Of a stretch of DNA of 64,000 nucleotides, positions 29,963 to 40,206 are shown in pieces; position 1 is the first letter of the stretch; every line of letters begins with the position of its first letter. The notes under the pieces were generated by a model. That model searched no databases and was not told the DNA's origin. It saw only the letters and a program-made list of their open reading frames with translations. Source of the DNA: Candidatus Latescibacterota bacterium (lineage in GTDB: Bacteria > Latescibacterota > UBA2968 > UBA8231); NCBI GenBank assembly GCA_965206595.1, contig OZ242214.1, forward strand, positions 3,648,001 through 3,712,000, given 5' to 3'. The position numbers and the translations under genes were made by a program.

Positions 29963-30808
29963 ATGAAAAAAGTAGCTGTTTTAACTGCAGTTTTCGGATT
30001 GGTCGGCACGAGTATTGCTCATCAGCCGGAGGGAGAGCTCGAGTTTATCGTGCAGTTTCCCGACGAGGGGGTCCCAAGTGTAGACGGGAATGGTGGCGAT
30101 TGGGATGGAGTCCCGTCGAGATACCTTATGGGCTCTGACCAACTCTACAACTCGTATTCTGAGGAAGGTCGCGGCCAGGACGACCGTAGCGACATGAACA
30201 TCACTCACATGGTCGGGTGGAACGACAACCTCAACAAGCTGTACTTCCTCACCACGGTGTTCGACAACGTGCACAATACCGATCGGGCCGATCCTGGCCC
30301 ATTCTACAAAGATGACGCCCTGGAGATCGAAGTGGACACCCAGCACAAACCCCAGTCGGAGCAAAATGTGGACGTTGCCGACAGGATCGCTTACAAATTC
30401 GCTGTGCCCCCCGTTTCGGACGCGTTCTATTTCACGCGCCCCGTTGCCGGGGTAGCTGCATGGCTCGCTCCTGGCACTGAGTGGGTGGACTTTGGGTGGA
30501 GCTTCGACGGGGATCAGTTCGGCGAGAGCACCTACACTTACGAGTTGGCCATCACACCCATCGAGTCCTTTCCGAAGGACGAAGCCACCGCTCAGGACGG
30601 AGTAACAGTCTGGGACTTGGAGGAAGGTGATGTCATTCATCTCTCCATCAACGTTGGCGATATTGACGCGGGTGACGACTACCACGGCTTCCATAGCCTT
30701 TCGCCGACGAGCTGGAATACCGACTTCGCCCTGGACGAGATAGCCTCCGATTTCGCGACTGCCGTCGAGACAGATACTTGGGCCCGCATCAAGGCCCAGT
30801 TCAAGTAG
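29963..30808 (+). CDS. secreted CBM9/DOMON-like sugar-binding protein with C-terminal TAVETDTWARIKAQFK tail
   Basis: Signal peptide; PSVDGNGGDW, VGWND, DDALEIEVD, YELAI motifs. Confidence 0.7.
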   Translation: MKKVAVLTAVFGLVGTSIAHQPEGELEFIVQFPDEGVPSVDGNGGDWDGVPSRYLMGSDQLYNSYSEEGRGQDDRSDMNITHMVGWNDNLNKLYFLTTVFDNVHNTDRADPGPFYKDDALEIEVDTQHKPQSEQNVDVADRIAYKFAVPPVSDAFYFTRPVAGVAAWLAPGTEWVDFGWSFDGDQFGESTYTYELAITPIESFPKDEATAQDGVTVWDLEEGDVIHLSINVGDIDAGDDYHGFHSLSPTSWNTDFALDEIASDFATAVETDTWARIKAQFK

Positions 30809-30846
30809 CGCCTGACGAGTAGCTGTCAGGTGCAGTGAGGAGTGGC

Positions 30847-30890
30847 AAGACCCGTGTCCCGCTTTGTGGGACGCGGGTCTTTTGTTTTCT
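30847..30890 (+). terminator. intrinsic terminator or intercistronic stem-loop
   Basis: AAGACCCGTGTCCCGC-ttt-GTGGGACGCGGGTCTT followed by TTGTTTTCT. Confidence 0.8.
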
Positions 30891-30904
30891 GGCGGGAGAC
30901 GACG

Positions 30905-33031
30905 ATGTCTCACTCGGTTTTCTGGGTCGGTCTGGTTAGCCTGGTTTTGACCGGGCAGGCCATGGCCGCAAGGTCGGAATATATCCTGGCCGGGGACAGT
31001 GGGATCCCTGGCCGCCAGACCTGGCCGACAGCCCTGGCGGCAGACCCCGGCTTCTACGTCGTTTTCGACAACGACGGCAAGCCCATCGAATCCGTTCCCG
31101 TCGCCCAGGCTCCCCAGGGGGCAGGCGCCGATACCCTCATCGACTACAGCAACGGCGCCATTGAATGCGTCGACATAGACCCCACCTGGAACTTGGCCCG
31201 GCATCTAGAGCTGGCGGATGGTCGAATTACCTCGAGCATGCAATATGGCTATCTGTACGCCGAGCTGGAATCCATCGTCAAGTCGTTTGACGGCAACCCG
31301 ACGACCGCTGCCTACCGCCCCTTTAAACAGGATCCCGACGGGCTTCCAGGCATAGGCGAGGGGTTTCGGGATAACTTCATCGTCGACCTGGGAGCGGACT
31401 TCCCGATCAACCGGGTCCGGTTTTACCCCCGCTTGGGCCGCGATGAGGATGCCCGGATCATCGAGCGGATGGAAAAGCCCAAACCGGACAAATCAGCATT
31501 CGACACCGTGAGCTTCTCTGAAAATTACCTCGAATGGTACGAGCTCAGCGTGGCCGACAATAGCAAGCCGTTCTCCAAAGATCCCACCCCCACCAGCTGG
31601 GTGCCGGGCACGCGCTGGTTCCACAGCACCGAGCGCTTTGGGGCAACGCTCGACCCGTGGTTCACGAGCCTCAAACTGACCACCGAAAATCTGGACGTGG
31701 TCGTGGATCACCGCTTCCCGCTGCGCCACGAGCGTTATGTGGCCGTCAGGCCCATCAAACCGCTGCGCGGTTGGGAAATCGCCGAGATGGAAGTCTACGG
31801 AGAGGGCTACACCAGGAAAGGGGTGTTCCTCACCAATATCCTGGACTTCGGGCAGGCAGTCAGTTGGGGCAAGATCCGCTGGGCTGGCGAGGTCCCCCCG
31901 GGCACCAAGGTGGATATCAGGACCCGCACGGGCAATGATCCGCACCCCAGCCTCTACTGGAAGCCGGACGAGATCTCCCGCGAACTGGAGCCGATTACCC
32001 TCGAGGAGTGGGGAAAGATCGTAGGCAACAATCGTCTGGACCCCACCTACGACTGGGAAAACTGGAGCTTCTGGTCACCCCCTTACGATTTCGAATCCGG
32101 TCTCCGCGATCCGTCTACAGAGGCCGGTTTGTGGGAAGATGGCATGTCGCTGCAGTCGCCCGGCCCCAGCCGCTACCTCCAGCTCCACATTGTGCTCAAG
32201 TCGACCTTCAATGCTACGCCTCGCCTGGACGCGCTATGGATCCAGTTCTCCCAGTTTCCAGCCGCCTCCGAGCTGGTGGGGGAAATCTGGCCGATCGAAG
32301 TGGATTCTTTCGAGTCGCGCAACTTCACCTATATCGTCCGTCCGGATTTTTTCGAGGGCGATACCGGCTTCGACCGCCTCGAGATTCTCACCTATACCAC
32401 GGTAGAAGAGGTCCACTCCGTCAAAATAGACTCCCGGAAGATTGATCTGTCGGATCCGAATTATACCCCCAAGATCCTGCCCGACCGAATCATCGTGAAG
32501 CTGGACAGAAAACTGCAAGACCCGGCCACCGACCGCCTCAAGCAGGTGGAGGTAAATTTCGACGTCGCCGTGCTGCGCTTTGGCACCGAATTCAAGGGAT
32601 GGGTATTCAACAGCGACGACCCGGATCGCCTGAAGCAGCAGATCAAGCCGGGCAACGCCACTTTCCGCTTTGCCGGAGACGTACTGTCGGTGCGCACTAC
32701 GGTGGGGGGAGATCTGCTCGTGTTCATAGAGACTGCTCCCAGTCCCTTTACCCCCAATGGAGACGGGATCAACGACGATCTGTCCCTGTCCTTCAAGGTG
32801 CGAGAGGTGGCCGTGCGTCGATCCATTCAGGTGGAGATTTACGATCTGGCCGGCAACAGGGTCCGGACTTTGACGAACAAAGACGCCACAACGGGTTCGT
32901 ACTCTTTTGCCTGGGATGGAACCAACGGCGGTGGCGATAGAGTTTCCCCCGGCCTCTACCTCTACCGCATCACCCTGGAATCTGATGGGAAGAAACACGA
33001 GAAACTGGGCAGCATAGCCGTGGCCTATTGA
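30905..33031 (+). CDS. secreted protein with a discoidin-like domain and C-terminal FlgD/T9SS-CTD-like domain (paralogue 1)
   Basis: Signal peptide; VDLG..FPINRVRFYPR; RTRTG; PFTPNGDGIND; IYDLAG; WDG; PGLY. Confidence 0.85.
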   Translation: MSHSVFWVGLVSLVLTGQAMAARSEYILAGDSGIPGRQTWPTALAADPGFYVVFDNDGKPIESVPVAQAPQGAGADTLIDYSNGAIECVDIDPTWNLARHLELADGRITSSMQYGYLYAELESIVKSFDGNPTTAAYRPFKQDPDGLPGIGEGFRDNFIVDLGADFPINRVRFYPRLGRDEDARIIERMEKPKPDKSAFDTVSFSENYLEWYELSVADNSKPFSKDPTPTSWVPGTRWFHSTERFGATLDPWFTSLKLTTENLDVVVDHRFPLRHERYVAVRPIKPLRGWEIAEMEVYGEGYTRKGVFLTNILDFGQAVSWGKIRWAGEVPPGTKVDIRTRTGNDPHPSLYWKPDEISRELEPITLEEWGKIVGNNRLDPTYDWENWSFWSPPYDFESGLRDPSTEAGLWEDGMSLQSPGPSRYLQLHIVLKSTFNATPRLDALWIQFSQFPAASELVGEIWPIEVDSFESRNFTYIVRPDFFEGDTGFDRLEILTYTTVEEVHSVKIDSRKIDLSDPNYTPKILPDRIIVKLDRKLQDPATDRLKQVEVNFDVAVLRFGTEFKGWVFNSDDPDRLKQQIKPGNATFRFAGDVLSVRTTVGGDLLVFIETAPSPFTPNGDGINDDLSLSFKVREVAVRRSIQVEIYDLAGNRVRTLTNKDATTGSYSFAWDGTNGGGDRVSPGLYLYRITLESDGKKHEKLGSIAVAY

Positions 33032-33040
33032 GGTGGGTAA

Positions 33041-35107
33041 ATGCAAAGGAGCCATCGCCGCAAGGCCGGAAGGAACTTCTCGCTTGTGTGCGGCTGGATC
33101 GCGACCGTATGCATGGCGCATGCGGCCGTCGCGCTGGAAACGATCACCATCGGCAAGAATGCCCGAGTCGATTGGGATGGGTCGGGGTCGAGCTTTAGGA
33201 CCATCGATCCGGAATACCGCGCCTTACTAAATCCCAACGAAATCCTCACCGGCAACGTACCGGGCGCTTTGATCTACTTCGACCATCCGGATTCTCCGGG
33301 CAGTCTCATTCCCAGACAGCTCGAGGAGGGCGAGAATGTAGCCCTTGAGGCCGTAGCGCGAGGCGGCAAGATCGAGGCTCCAAACGACAACGCTGCCGTC
33401 AAGAAAACCCTGGAGGAGTTGCTTACCAACGAGGCTGGAGGAGAGCTCTTGGCCTATGAGATAAGGAACGCTAACGCAAACGGGGCGCTGATCGATGGCG
33501 ATCTGGGAGGCCGCTTTGGGGTCAGCCTGATCCGTTTCTACCCCCGCAACACCCTACAGCGTTCTCCATCAACGCCTTTTCATCAGGACTTTATGAGAGC
33601 GTACGAAGTCTACGTCAACGACGGGCTCAATCTCACCAAAGACGGCAATCCCGACTGGGGGGAACCTCTGTCGGAGAACAATGAAAACATCAACCCAGTG
33701 GTCGAGGTGAATCTCGACCCGCCCCAGTATATCCAGTCCTTCCGGCTCAAATCCAAATCGTCAGTCGATTTCGAGATCGACGAGATCGAGGTTTTCGGCA
33801 CCGGTTTTGTGCCCACCGCTCGGTACCTTTCCGATGTGTTCGACCTGGGCCTGGCCGCATGGGGCAACATTCGCTGGACCGAACGTGTCATAGGCGATTC
33901 GTCCCGGGCTCGTCTGCTGATCTCTACCCGCACCGGCAGGGACTCAACGGCGTTCGTGTACACGCGCACGCTGGCCGAGAAAGATGATGCCCCGGAAATC
34001 TCGACGTCGCTGCGCAACCGCGGCCAACCGATGACCCGGAAGGAATATCAAGCACTCCCCGAGAGCGACGCTACGGGCGTGGATTGGAAGGCTGGTTCGG
34101 TCAAGGACGATCTTGAAAGCTGGAGCCCCTGGAGCACGGCCTATCCGCCCGAGGGCAACACCACCGAGGGCACCCCGATACTGTCGCCGGGGCCCCGGCG
34201 CTACATACAGTTTCAGGTACTGGCTCTGAGCGAGAATCTGGCCTCAGCTCGTCGCCTGGACAACGTCTCCTTAGAGTATCTGGTGCCGCCTCTGGCCGAT
34301 CAGCTCGTGGTCGAAATATTCCCGCGCGAAGTAGAGGCCTCTACCATCACGACATTCACCTATGCGGTGCGCCCCACCATAGAGACCGACGGGCTGCTCG
34401 GTTTCGATGCCTTTGAGATCTCCACGCCCCTACGCGTCGAGAGTGTGGACCGCATCGAAATCCTGAATTCCGATGGATCGCTGGCGGCCAAACATGACTT
34501 CATTGCACAAGATCCCGACGCAGGCAGCCCCTTCGAGATCACGGCCATTGAGGACAATAGATTCGCCGTCCGCTTCCCGCTCGTCCTGGATAATAAGAGC
34601 CTCCTTAAGATCACCTTCCGAGCTGCAGTACTGGTTTACAGTACGAGTTTCAGCGGCAGTGCGTCCCTTTCCGCCGAGCCGGACGCCATCCAGACCGCCG
34701 TCCCGGGAGACGCCGCCAACCTGGGGGAAACCGACGACCCTACGCTGTCGGGAAATACAGTTTTCAGTCCCTCCATCCTCGAAGGTCGGCTGATCGATGC
34801 GTTCGAGACCGTCCCCAATATCATTACCCCGAACGGGGACGACATTAATGATGAAGTTGCCGTAGTCTACAATATTCTCAGCCTGACCAAAGCGGGCAGA
34901 GTGACGGTGCAGATCTACGATCTGGCCGGCAGACTGGTCCACACCCTGCTCGACGACGACGAGCGCAGTGGCCGCTACTTCCTTGAGTGGGACGGACTCG
35001 ACGCCGAGGGGAACCGTGCTCTTCCGGGCATCTATCTGCTCTCGGTCTCTGTAGACGGAGACAGTCGCAACGATGCGCAAATAAAACCCATATCCGTAGT
35101 CTACTGA
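33041..35107 (+). CDS. secreted protein with C-terminal FlgD/T9SS-CTD-like domain (paralogue 2)
   Basis: Same motif series: DLG..IRFYPR, STRTG, SPGPRRYIQ, ITPNGDDIND, IYDLAG, WDG, PGIY. Confidence 0.85.
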   Translation: MQRSHRRKAGRNFSLVCGWIATVCMAHAAVALETITIGKNARVDWDGSGSSFRTIDPEYRALLNPNEILTGNVPGALIYFDHPDSPGSLIPRQLEEGENVALEAVARGGKIEAPNDNAAVKKTLEELLTNEAGGELLAYEIRNANANGALIDGDLGGRFGVSLIRFYPRNTLQRSPSTPFHQDFMRAYEVYVNDGLNLTKDGNPDWGEPLSENNENINPVVEVNLDPPQYIQSFRLKSKSSVDFEIDEIEVFGTGFVPTARYLSDVFDLGLAAWGNIRWTERVIGDSSRARLLISTRTGRDSTAFVYTRTLAEKDDAPEISTSLRNRGQPMTRKEYQALPESDATGVDWKAGSVKDDLESWSPWSTAYPPEGNTTEGTPILSPGPRRYIQFQVLALSENLASARRLDNVSLEYLVPPLADQLVVEIFPREVEASTITTFTYAVRPTIETDGLLGFDAFEISTPLRVESVDRIEILNSDGSLAAKHDFIAQDPDAGSPFEITAIEDNRFAVRFPLVLDNKSLLKITFRAAVLVYSTSFSGSASLSAEPDAIQTAVPGDAANLGETDDPTLSGNTVFSPSILEGRLIDAFETVPNIITPNGDDINDEVAVVYNILSLTKAGRVTVQIYDLAGRLVHTLLDDDERSGRYFLEWDGLDAEGNRALPGIYLLSVSVDGDSRNDAQIKPISVVY

Positions 35108-37461
35108 TCAATGGGGGAACGCGGTCTGGAATCGCGTTCCCCCAGGATCTCTTCCACCACCTTGCCCGTCTTCTCCTCTGCAATCTGCCGCATCCGGTGC
35201 CGGCGAGCCCCGCGCTCGAAGTGTTCGAACGCCGCCCTGGCCCGATCCTGTTGTCCGGTCCTCATATATAGTCTTCCCAGTTCCTGGTAGACCATGTAAT
35301 CCTCCGGGGCCAGGCTCGCAACCGTCGAAAGGTGCTGGATAGCGGCCTCATGGCGCCCCCTGCCGCTCTCGAACCTGGCCATGCTCCGCAACGCAGGCAC
35401 AGATTGAGGATCTACTGCCAGCGCCGTATTCAGGTAGCGCTCGGCCTCGGCTTCATGACCTCGCTTCAAGAGCAAGCCAGCCAGCTGGCACAGGCCCTCG
35501 ACATGATCGGGCTGCTGTTCGACCAGTATTCTGTACTCCGCCAGGGCCTGGTCATCCTTCCCCTGGACCTGGTAGAGCTGGGCAAGCTGATATCGCACCA
35601 GCAGGGAATCGGGCTTGAGTTCCAGGACCCTGGAATAGGCTGCCTCGGCTTTGGCCGGAGCGTCGCTCATCAGATACGCATAGGCGAGACGCCCGTGCAG
35701 TGCCGCCCATTCGGAGCGCCGCGGCATGAGATCCTGATAGAAGTCAATGGCCTGCTGGTATTCGGCTTTCTTCAGGAACACATCCGCCAGACGCAAGCGG
35801 ACATCATCTCGATCCGGATAGTAAGCCAGGAGCTGCCGATAGGCCTCTATGGCGTCGTCATAGCGCCGCCGCACCGCGTACATGGTGCCCAGCCCCAGGA
35901 GCGCATCCTCGTGGGCAGGGTCGAGTTTGACAGCGTGTCGGTACTGGCGCTGGGCATTGGCCTGCATCCCCTTTTCCTGGAAAGCCAGGCCCGTCAAGTA
36001 GTGCTGGTAGACGTCGCCTTCTGTGTTCATTGCTCCTACCCCGCGATTCGTCCCGAACAACAGCAACAGGAGGAGTACCCCGGCAAGTGCCAGCCGGGTA
36101 CCGCGCTGATTGAAAAGGGTCAGGAGCCCGTGCGCCGCGAAGAGCAGGAGGAACGGCACCACCGGCATTCGATAGCGGCCGGTTACGAAAAACAGGATGA
36201 CCGAGAAGGCATAGGTCGCGGTGAACAGCAGCACCAGCGCCCCGGCCGGACTCCGTCGTAAGGGTCCCATCAGACAGACGCCCAGACCGAGCAGGGCCAG
36301 CGGGGCAATCACGCCAAAGGGGAAGGCGAGGCCGTACTTCCACAGCAATCCCCGCAGCAGAGAGGAGTGCGTACGGGCGTAGTAGGGATCCAGGTTCCTG
36401 AGTATCTCGTCGCCGCGCCAGAACAGACGAGCTTTATGCAGCAGCAGGCCGAAATACGCCACAGGATCGGATGAGACAAATGACCAGGACTGGGAAAAGA
36501 AATAGCGCGATCCAGCCGACTTGCCGGTGATGCCCGCCTCGCGTTCGGGACGATTGACCAGATCGACCCATTCCCGACCCGGTCTGATGGTCACGGTATG
36601 TTCGTAGTCGGGATTGTTGCCAATAAAGAAATTGACCCCGGCATTATAGGAGACCAGCACCCATTCACTGCCCACAATGCGGTTGCGCAGGGTCACCGGC
36701 GCCAGCACGAGGGCGATGCCAAGGCAAAAGGCGGCCAGTTGCAATAGAAGGCCGCGTCTCGACCTCGGCAGCAATTGGTCGGCCTCTCCATCAAAAGGAC
36801 TTTCACCGCGGCCTCCTCGGCGTGGGCGGCTCCGCGCATCCGGTGGAGAAGCCGGCAGAAAACGGAGAGCCCACAGGAAGACGACGGGGGCGAACAGAAA
36901 TACGTTTGCAACCAGCAGTCCCGAGCATGCCAGCAGCAGACCGGCCAGCAACCAGCGGACCGCACCGGTGCCTCGGGCAGCCCACAGCAAGGTGAGCAGC
37001 AGGACTACGTGGAGGCACGTTGCCAGTCCGACCGGCAGCAGCTCTCCCTCGAAATAGATGAAAGGGCCGTAGAGCGCGGCCATACCGGCCGCCAGCCAGC
37101 CTACAGTCGGGGAGGAGAATGTCCTGCGCCCCAACCAGTAGAGCGAAACGCAGGTGATCGCGCCCGCCACGGCCTGCACAAAGCGGGGCAGGTAGTAATT
37201 TTCGCCGAACAGGGCGAAGAGCAGGCCGAGAAAGTAGGGATACAGCGGCGGCTGCCAGAAAGGCTCAGAGCTACCTGCCCAGGCTCCGCTCGCAAATTGC
37301 AGCGCCTCTTCCACATAGGTCCCGGCATCGACCACGGGGGTGTCGAACAGAGGACTTTCAGACGCATGATACAGGTAGAAAAGCCGCAGGGCCAAGGCCA
37401 GCCCCGCCAGCAGGGCCAGCCTGGCCCCTGTGCTCCGCCATCCTATGCTGCCGTGGCTCAA
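35101..37461 (-). CDS. ArnT/PMT-like (GT-C) glycosyltransferase fused to TPRs
   Basis: DAGTY, QPPLYPYFL, multiple TMs, GVNFFIGNNP, RYRMP, C-terminal TPRs; TTG start overlapping the upstream TGA is inferred. Confidence 0.8.
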   Translation of the reverse strand: MSHGSIGWRSTGARLALLAGLALALRLFYLYHASESPLFDTPVVDAGTYVEEALQFASGAWAGSSEPFWQPPLYPYFLGLLFALFGENYYLPRFVQAVAGAITCVSLYWLGRRTFSSPTVGWLAAGMAALYGPFIYFEGELLPVGLATCLHVVLLLTLLWAARGTGAVRWLLAGLLLACSGLLVANVFLFAPVVFLWALRFLPASPPDARSRPRRGGRGESPFDGEADQLLPRSRRGLLLQLAAFCLGIALVLAPVTLRNRIVGSEWVLVSYNAGVNFFIGNNPDYEHTVTIRPGREWVDLVNRPEREAGITGKSAGSRYFFSQSWSFVSSDPVAYFGLLLHKARLFWRGDEILRNLDPYYARTHSSLLRGLLWKYGLAFPFGVIAPLALLGLGVCLMGPLRRSPAGALVLLFTATYAFSVILFFVTGRYRMPVVPFLLLFAAHGLLTLFNQRGTRLALAGVLLLLLLFGTNRGVGAMNTEGDVYQHYLTGLAFQEKGMQANAQRQYRHAVKLDPAHEDALLGLGTMYAVRRRYDDAIEAYRQLLAYYPDRDDVRLRLADVFLKKAEYQQAIDFYQDLMPRRSEWAALHGRLAYAYLMSDAPAKAEAAYSRVLELKPDSLLVRYQLAQLYQVQGKDDQALAEYRILVEQQPDHVEGLCQLAGLLLKRGHEAEAERYLNTALAVDPQSVPALRSMARFESGRGRHEAAIQHLSTVASLAPEDYMVYQELGRLYMRTGQQDRARAAFEHFERGARRHRMRQIAEEKTGKVVEEILGERDSRPRSPIDQ

Positions 37462-40136
37462 TTCCCCAGGCCGGCGTACATGGTGATGAAACCCTCGGTG
37501 GTGGTATCGGCCTCTTGGTCCTTGAAGTCTCTCCTGTCCACCTTCATTCCTATCTGGGTCGTCAGTACATAGCCCAGATATTCGCTGGCATTGGCCAATT
37601 GCACAGCCACAGCCAGGCCGCGGAAGTCCTTTGCGTCCTCCCGGAAATCGTTGGCAAAGGTGTACTCGATCCCGGATTGCACCGTGGTGCGCTTGAGCAC
37701 TGGAAATCCCAGTAGAAGTCCGAGAATCTCCGTCAACACGCGCTCTTTGTCGGTGGAGAGCAATCCTCGGGATTGCCAGCGCCACTCGCTCTTCCATCTC
37801 GGTTCCAGGGTGAAATTCCCGATTGAGTAGCGGTAGCTGACCTTGTTGATAAGGCCGAAGAAAAAGTCGTTTGCCCGCGCCAGGCCGAGAGTCTCCCTTG
37901 TTTCCCTATCCTTGCGCTGATGGTAGAAGTCGTACTTCAGATAGTCGGCAATATCCAGGCCCCCGCGGTCGTAATCATGGCCGACCCAGAACGAATTGAT
38001 CCAGGCATCGCGGGCGAGCAGGGGATCCTCCACCCTCCTCGGCAGTCCGTCCTTCACTGTGACATCCGGAAACCACTGGAGCAGATCGTCGGGAATATCG
38101 TCTTCCGCCCGCTTGACCATCTCCATCAGGCGCAACCGGCCCAACGTCGGGGTTCTTTGATCCAAAGCGAATAGAGCATAAGAGGTGTGGTTCTTTTGAT
38201 CGGACGAGATCAGATCTTCGCGCAGGTGTCCAAAAGTAACCCGGACATCGGGGGTCAGGTGGAAGCCAAAGTAGGCATTGAATCCGCGGTGATCATTCGC
38301 ATAAGGGTAGTCTGGCTCTTCGTCGTTCTCGAACCGGTCGACCCATTGGTTGTTGTTCATATCGACGCCGAACAGTTGTTCGGGACGATCCACTTTGTGC
38401 CTCAGGAAGGCCTCTTCGTAATCCGGAATATCGTTGGTGCGACGGAAGTTGTCGTTCTGGTTGAAGTCGGGGACGAAGTCATTGTTCTCGTCCCACCCGG
38501 GAAATACCCTGCGGTCACCCTGGCGCCAGTCTGCCCGGATTGCATCGGGAAAGCGGTCCTGGTCGTCGTTGTCGTCGACCAGCTCTACAACGTGCTGGCG
38601 AGTGTCTTCATAATCGATGGATCCATCTGGGCGCGTGACAAAGGTCCGCGTACTGTAAAGCGGATCCATGCTGTAGGCTTCGCCGAAGAAGAACCAGGGG
38701 TGGGCGACCTTGGAGAGATTCATCATCCAGGCCGGTGCCGTCCGGCGCCCCGAGATGCCCGAGGAGGTCGAGTGCGACTTGCGGGTGATATTGGGATACT
38801 GGCGGTAGGTCAGACTCAGATCGTACTCGCCGTAGAAATTGAAGCCGCGCACATTGTTCATCTCCACAGTACCGCCCACGATCTGAGTGGCGGTAGGCAG
38901 ACCGTATTCAAACTCGAGCACCCTCAGATTGGTGTTGTCCTGCACATTGCCCTCGGCTTGCGCGACCAGCAGCAGCACCGGTCCCCCCGATTCGTTGGTC
39001 TGGCGGTCGGAGCTCATCCAAACCTGGTAATCGTTGCCAATCGTCATGCTGAATTCCACTCTCTTGATCTCCTCCTTGGCCCCGCTGGAACGATTTACAA
39101 ACGCAGGACTGTCGAAATCGAAGAGGATCTGGATCTCTTCTACGCCATCGGCTGAAAGGAATCCCTCCTGCACGAAGCCCCCCTGGATGACCGGCTCGAG
39201 GCCGATGTCTCTTCCCTTGTCGGTCTTGCCATTTGTGTATGTGATGAAGACGTCCAAGGCGTCCCGGAATAAGGCCGCCCCGCCCTCCCCATCCTCCGGG
39301 GAATCGTCTCTGAGCACGATTTGGATAGAGGAGATCGTGGAGTTCTGGTCGATAGTCAGAGCTCCCGCTACGGGGTTGCCCTTGAACCCGCTGACCAGGG
39401 TGTTCGACTGGTGGGTGTTTACGAACTGCAATCCGACACTGGTGAAATCGCCAATCTGAGCCTTGACGCGGCCTCCGGACAGGGTGGTGAGATTGGTCCT
39501 GACCAATTCCTGGTCGAGTGTGTGGACACCTCCGGGACTGCTGACGCGCGAATAGACCAGAGTCCCTTCGTACTTGTCCATGGCAAAATCGAACTGGGTT
39601 CCATCCCAGAGCGGCTTCGCAAAGGTCATAGGCGTCAGGGTTGTGCGGAGTTGATTCGATACGGTCAGGGCGTAGTGGTACTGACCTATCTGATCCGAAG
39701 CAATCGCCACTCCCGAGAACCAACTGTCAAATTGCTTTGCCTTGGTCAGCGAACTGCCAAACTGGCGCGGCTGCGTCTGGGAGTTGTCAAAAATCAGCCA
39801 ACCTCGGGTGACGAAATTTCCAAAAAGGTCGTAGAAATAGTCCCCTTCCAAGGAGGTAGTGACGTAGCGCTGGAAGTGGTCTCTGGCATAATTGGTATAA
39901 TCCCATTGCCTCCACCTGTACTCGTTGTAGAGTTCCTGCGGAACGTACCACTTCTTCACCGCCGGATCCAAAGCACCGAACAAAACGCCGGGGCCGTACG
40001 GAGCGAAACTAACTTCCCCGCCCCGCTGCGTGCCGAGGCGGGTCCCGTAATCCTGGGCGGTGACCCGATCGACCACCCCGGCAACCAAGCACGCGATAGA
40101 AACGACATGCAGGATATACCTGTTTCTTGGTTTCAT
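37458..40136 (-). CDS. large exported protein, probable outer-membrane beta-barrel with Asp-rich Ca-binding-like loops
   Basis: Signal peptide; alternating aromatic beta-strands; DDNDDQDRFPD, DENNDFVPDFNQNDN, DMNNNQWVD; ends FITMYAGLGN. Confidence 0.7.
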   Translation of the reverse strand: MKPRNRYILHVVSIACLVAGVVDRVTAQDYGTRLGTQRGGEVSFAPYGPGVLFGALDPAVKKWYVPQELYNEYRWRQWDYTNYARDHFQRYVTTSLEGDYFYDLFGNFVTRGWLIFDNSQTQPRQFGSSLTKAKQFDSWFSGVAIASDQIGQYHYALTVSNQLRTTLTPMTFAKPLWDGTQFDFAMDKYEGTLVYSRVSSPGGVHTLDQELVRTNLTTLSGGRVKAQIGDFTSVGLQFVNTHQSNTLVSGFKGNPVAGALTIDQNSTISSIQIVLRDDSPEDGEGGAALFRDALDVFITYTNGKTDKGRDIGLEPVIQGGFVQEGFLSADGVEEIQILFDFDSPAFVNRSSGAKEEIKRVEFSMTIGNDYQVWMSSDRQTNESGGPVLLLVAQAEGNVQDNTNLRVLEFEYGLPTATQIVGGTVEMNNVRGFNFYGEYDLSLTYRQYPNITRKSHSTSSGISGRRTAPAWMMNLSKVAHPWFFFGEAYSMDPLYSTRTFVTRPDGSIDYEDTRQHVVELVDDNDDQDRFPDAIRADWRQGDRRVFPGWDENNDFVPDFNQNDNFRRTNDIPDYEEAFLRHKVDRPEQLFGVDMNNNQWVDRFENDEEPDYPYANDHRGFNAYFGFHLTPDVRVTFGHLREDLISSDQKNHTSYALFALDQRTPTLGRLRLMEMVKRAEDDIPDDLLQWFPDVTVKDGLPRRVEDPLLARDAWINSFWVGHDYDRGGLDIADYLKYDFYHQRKDRETRETLGLARANDFFFGLINKVSYRYSIGNFTLEPRWKSEWRWQSRGLLSTDKERVLTEILGLLLGFPVLKRTTVQSGIEYTFANDFREDAKDFRGLAVAVQLANASEYLGYVLTTQIGMKVDRRDFKDQEADTTTEGFITMYAGLGN

Positions 40137-40206
40137 GATCCCTCCCTATTGCACGAAGGTCCTTCCGCCCTTTTGACTAGAGCGGCTGAAATGCCGCGGT
40201 CTATAC

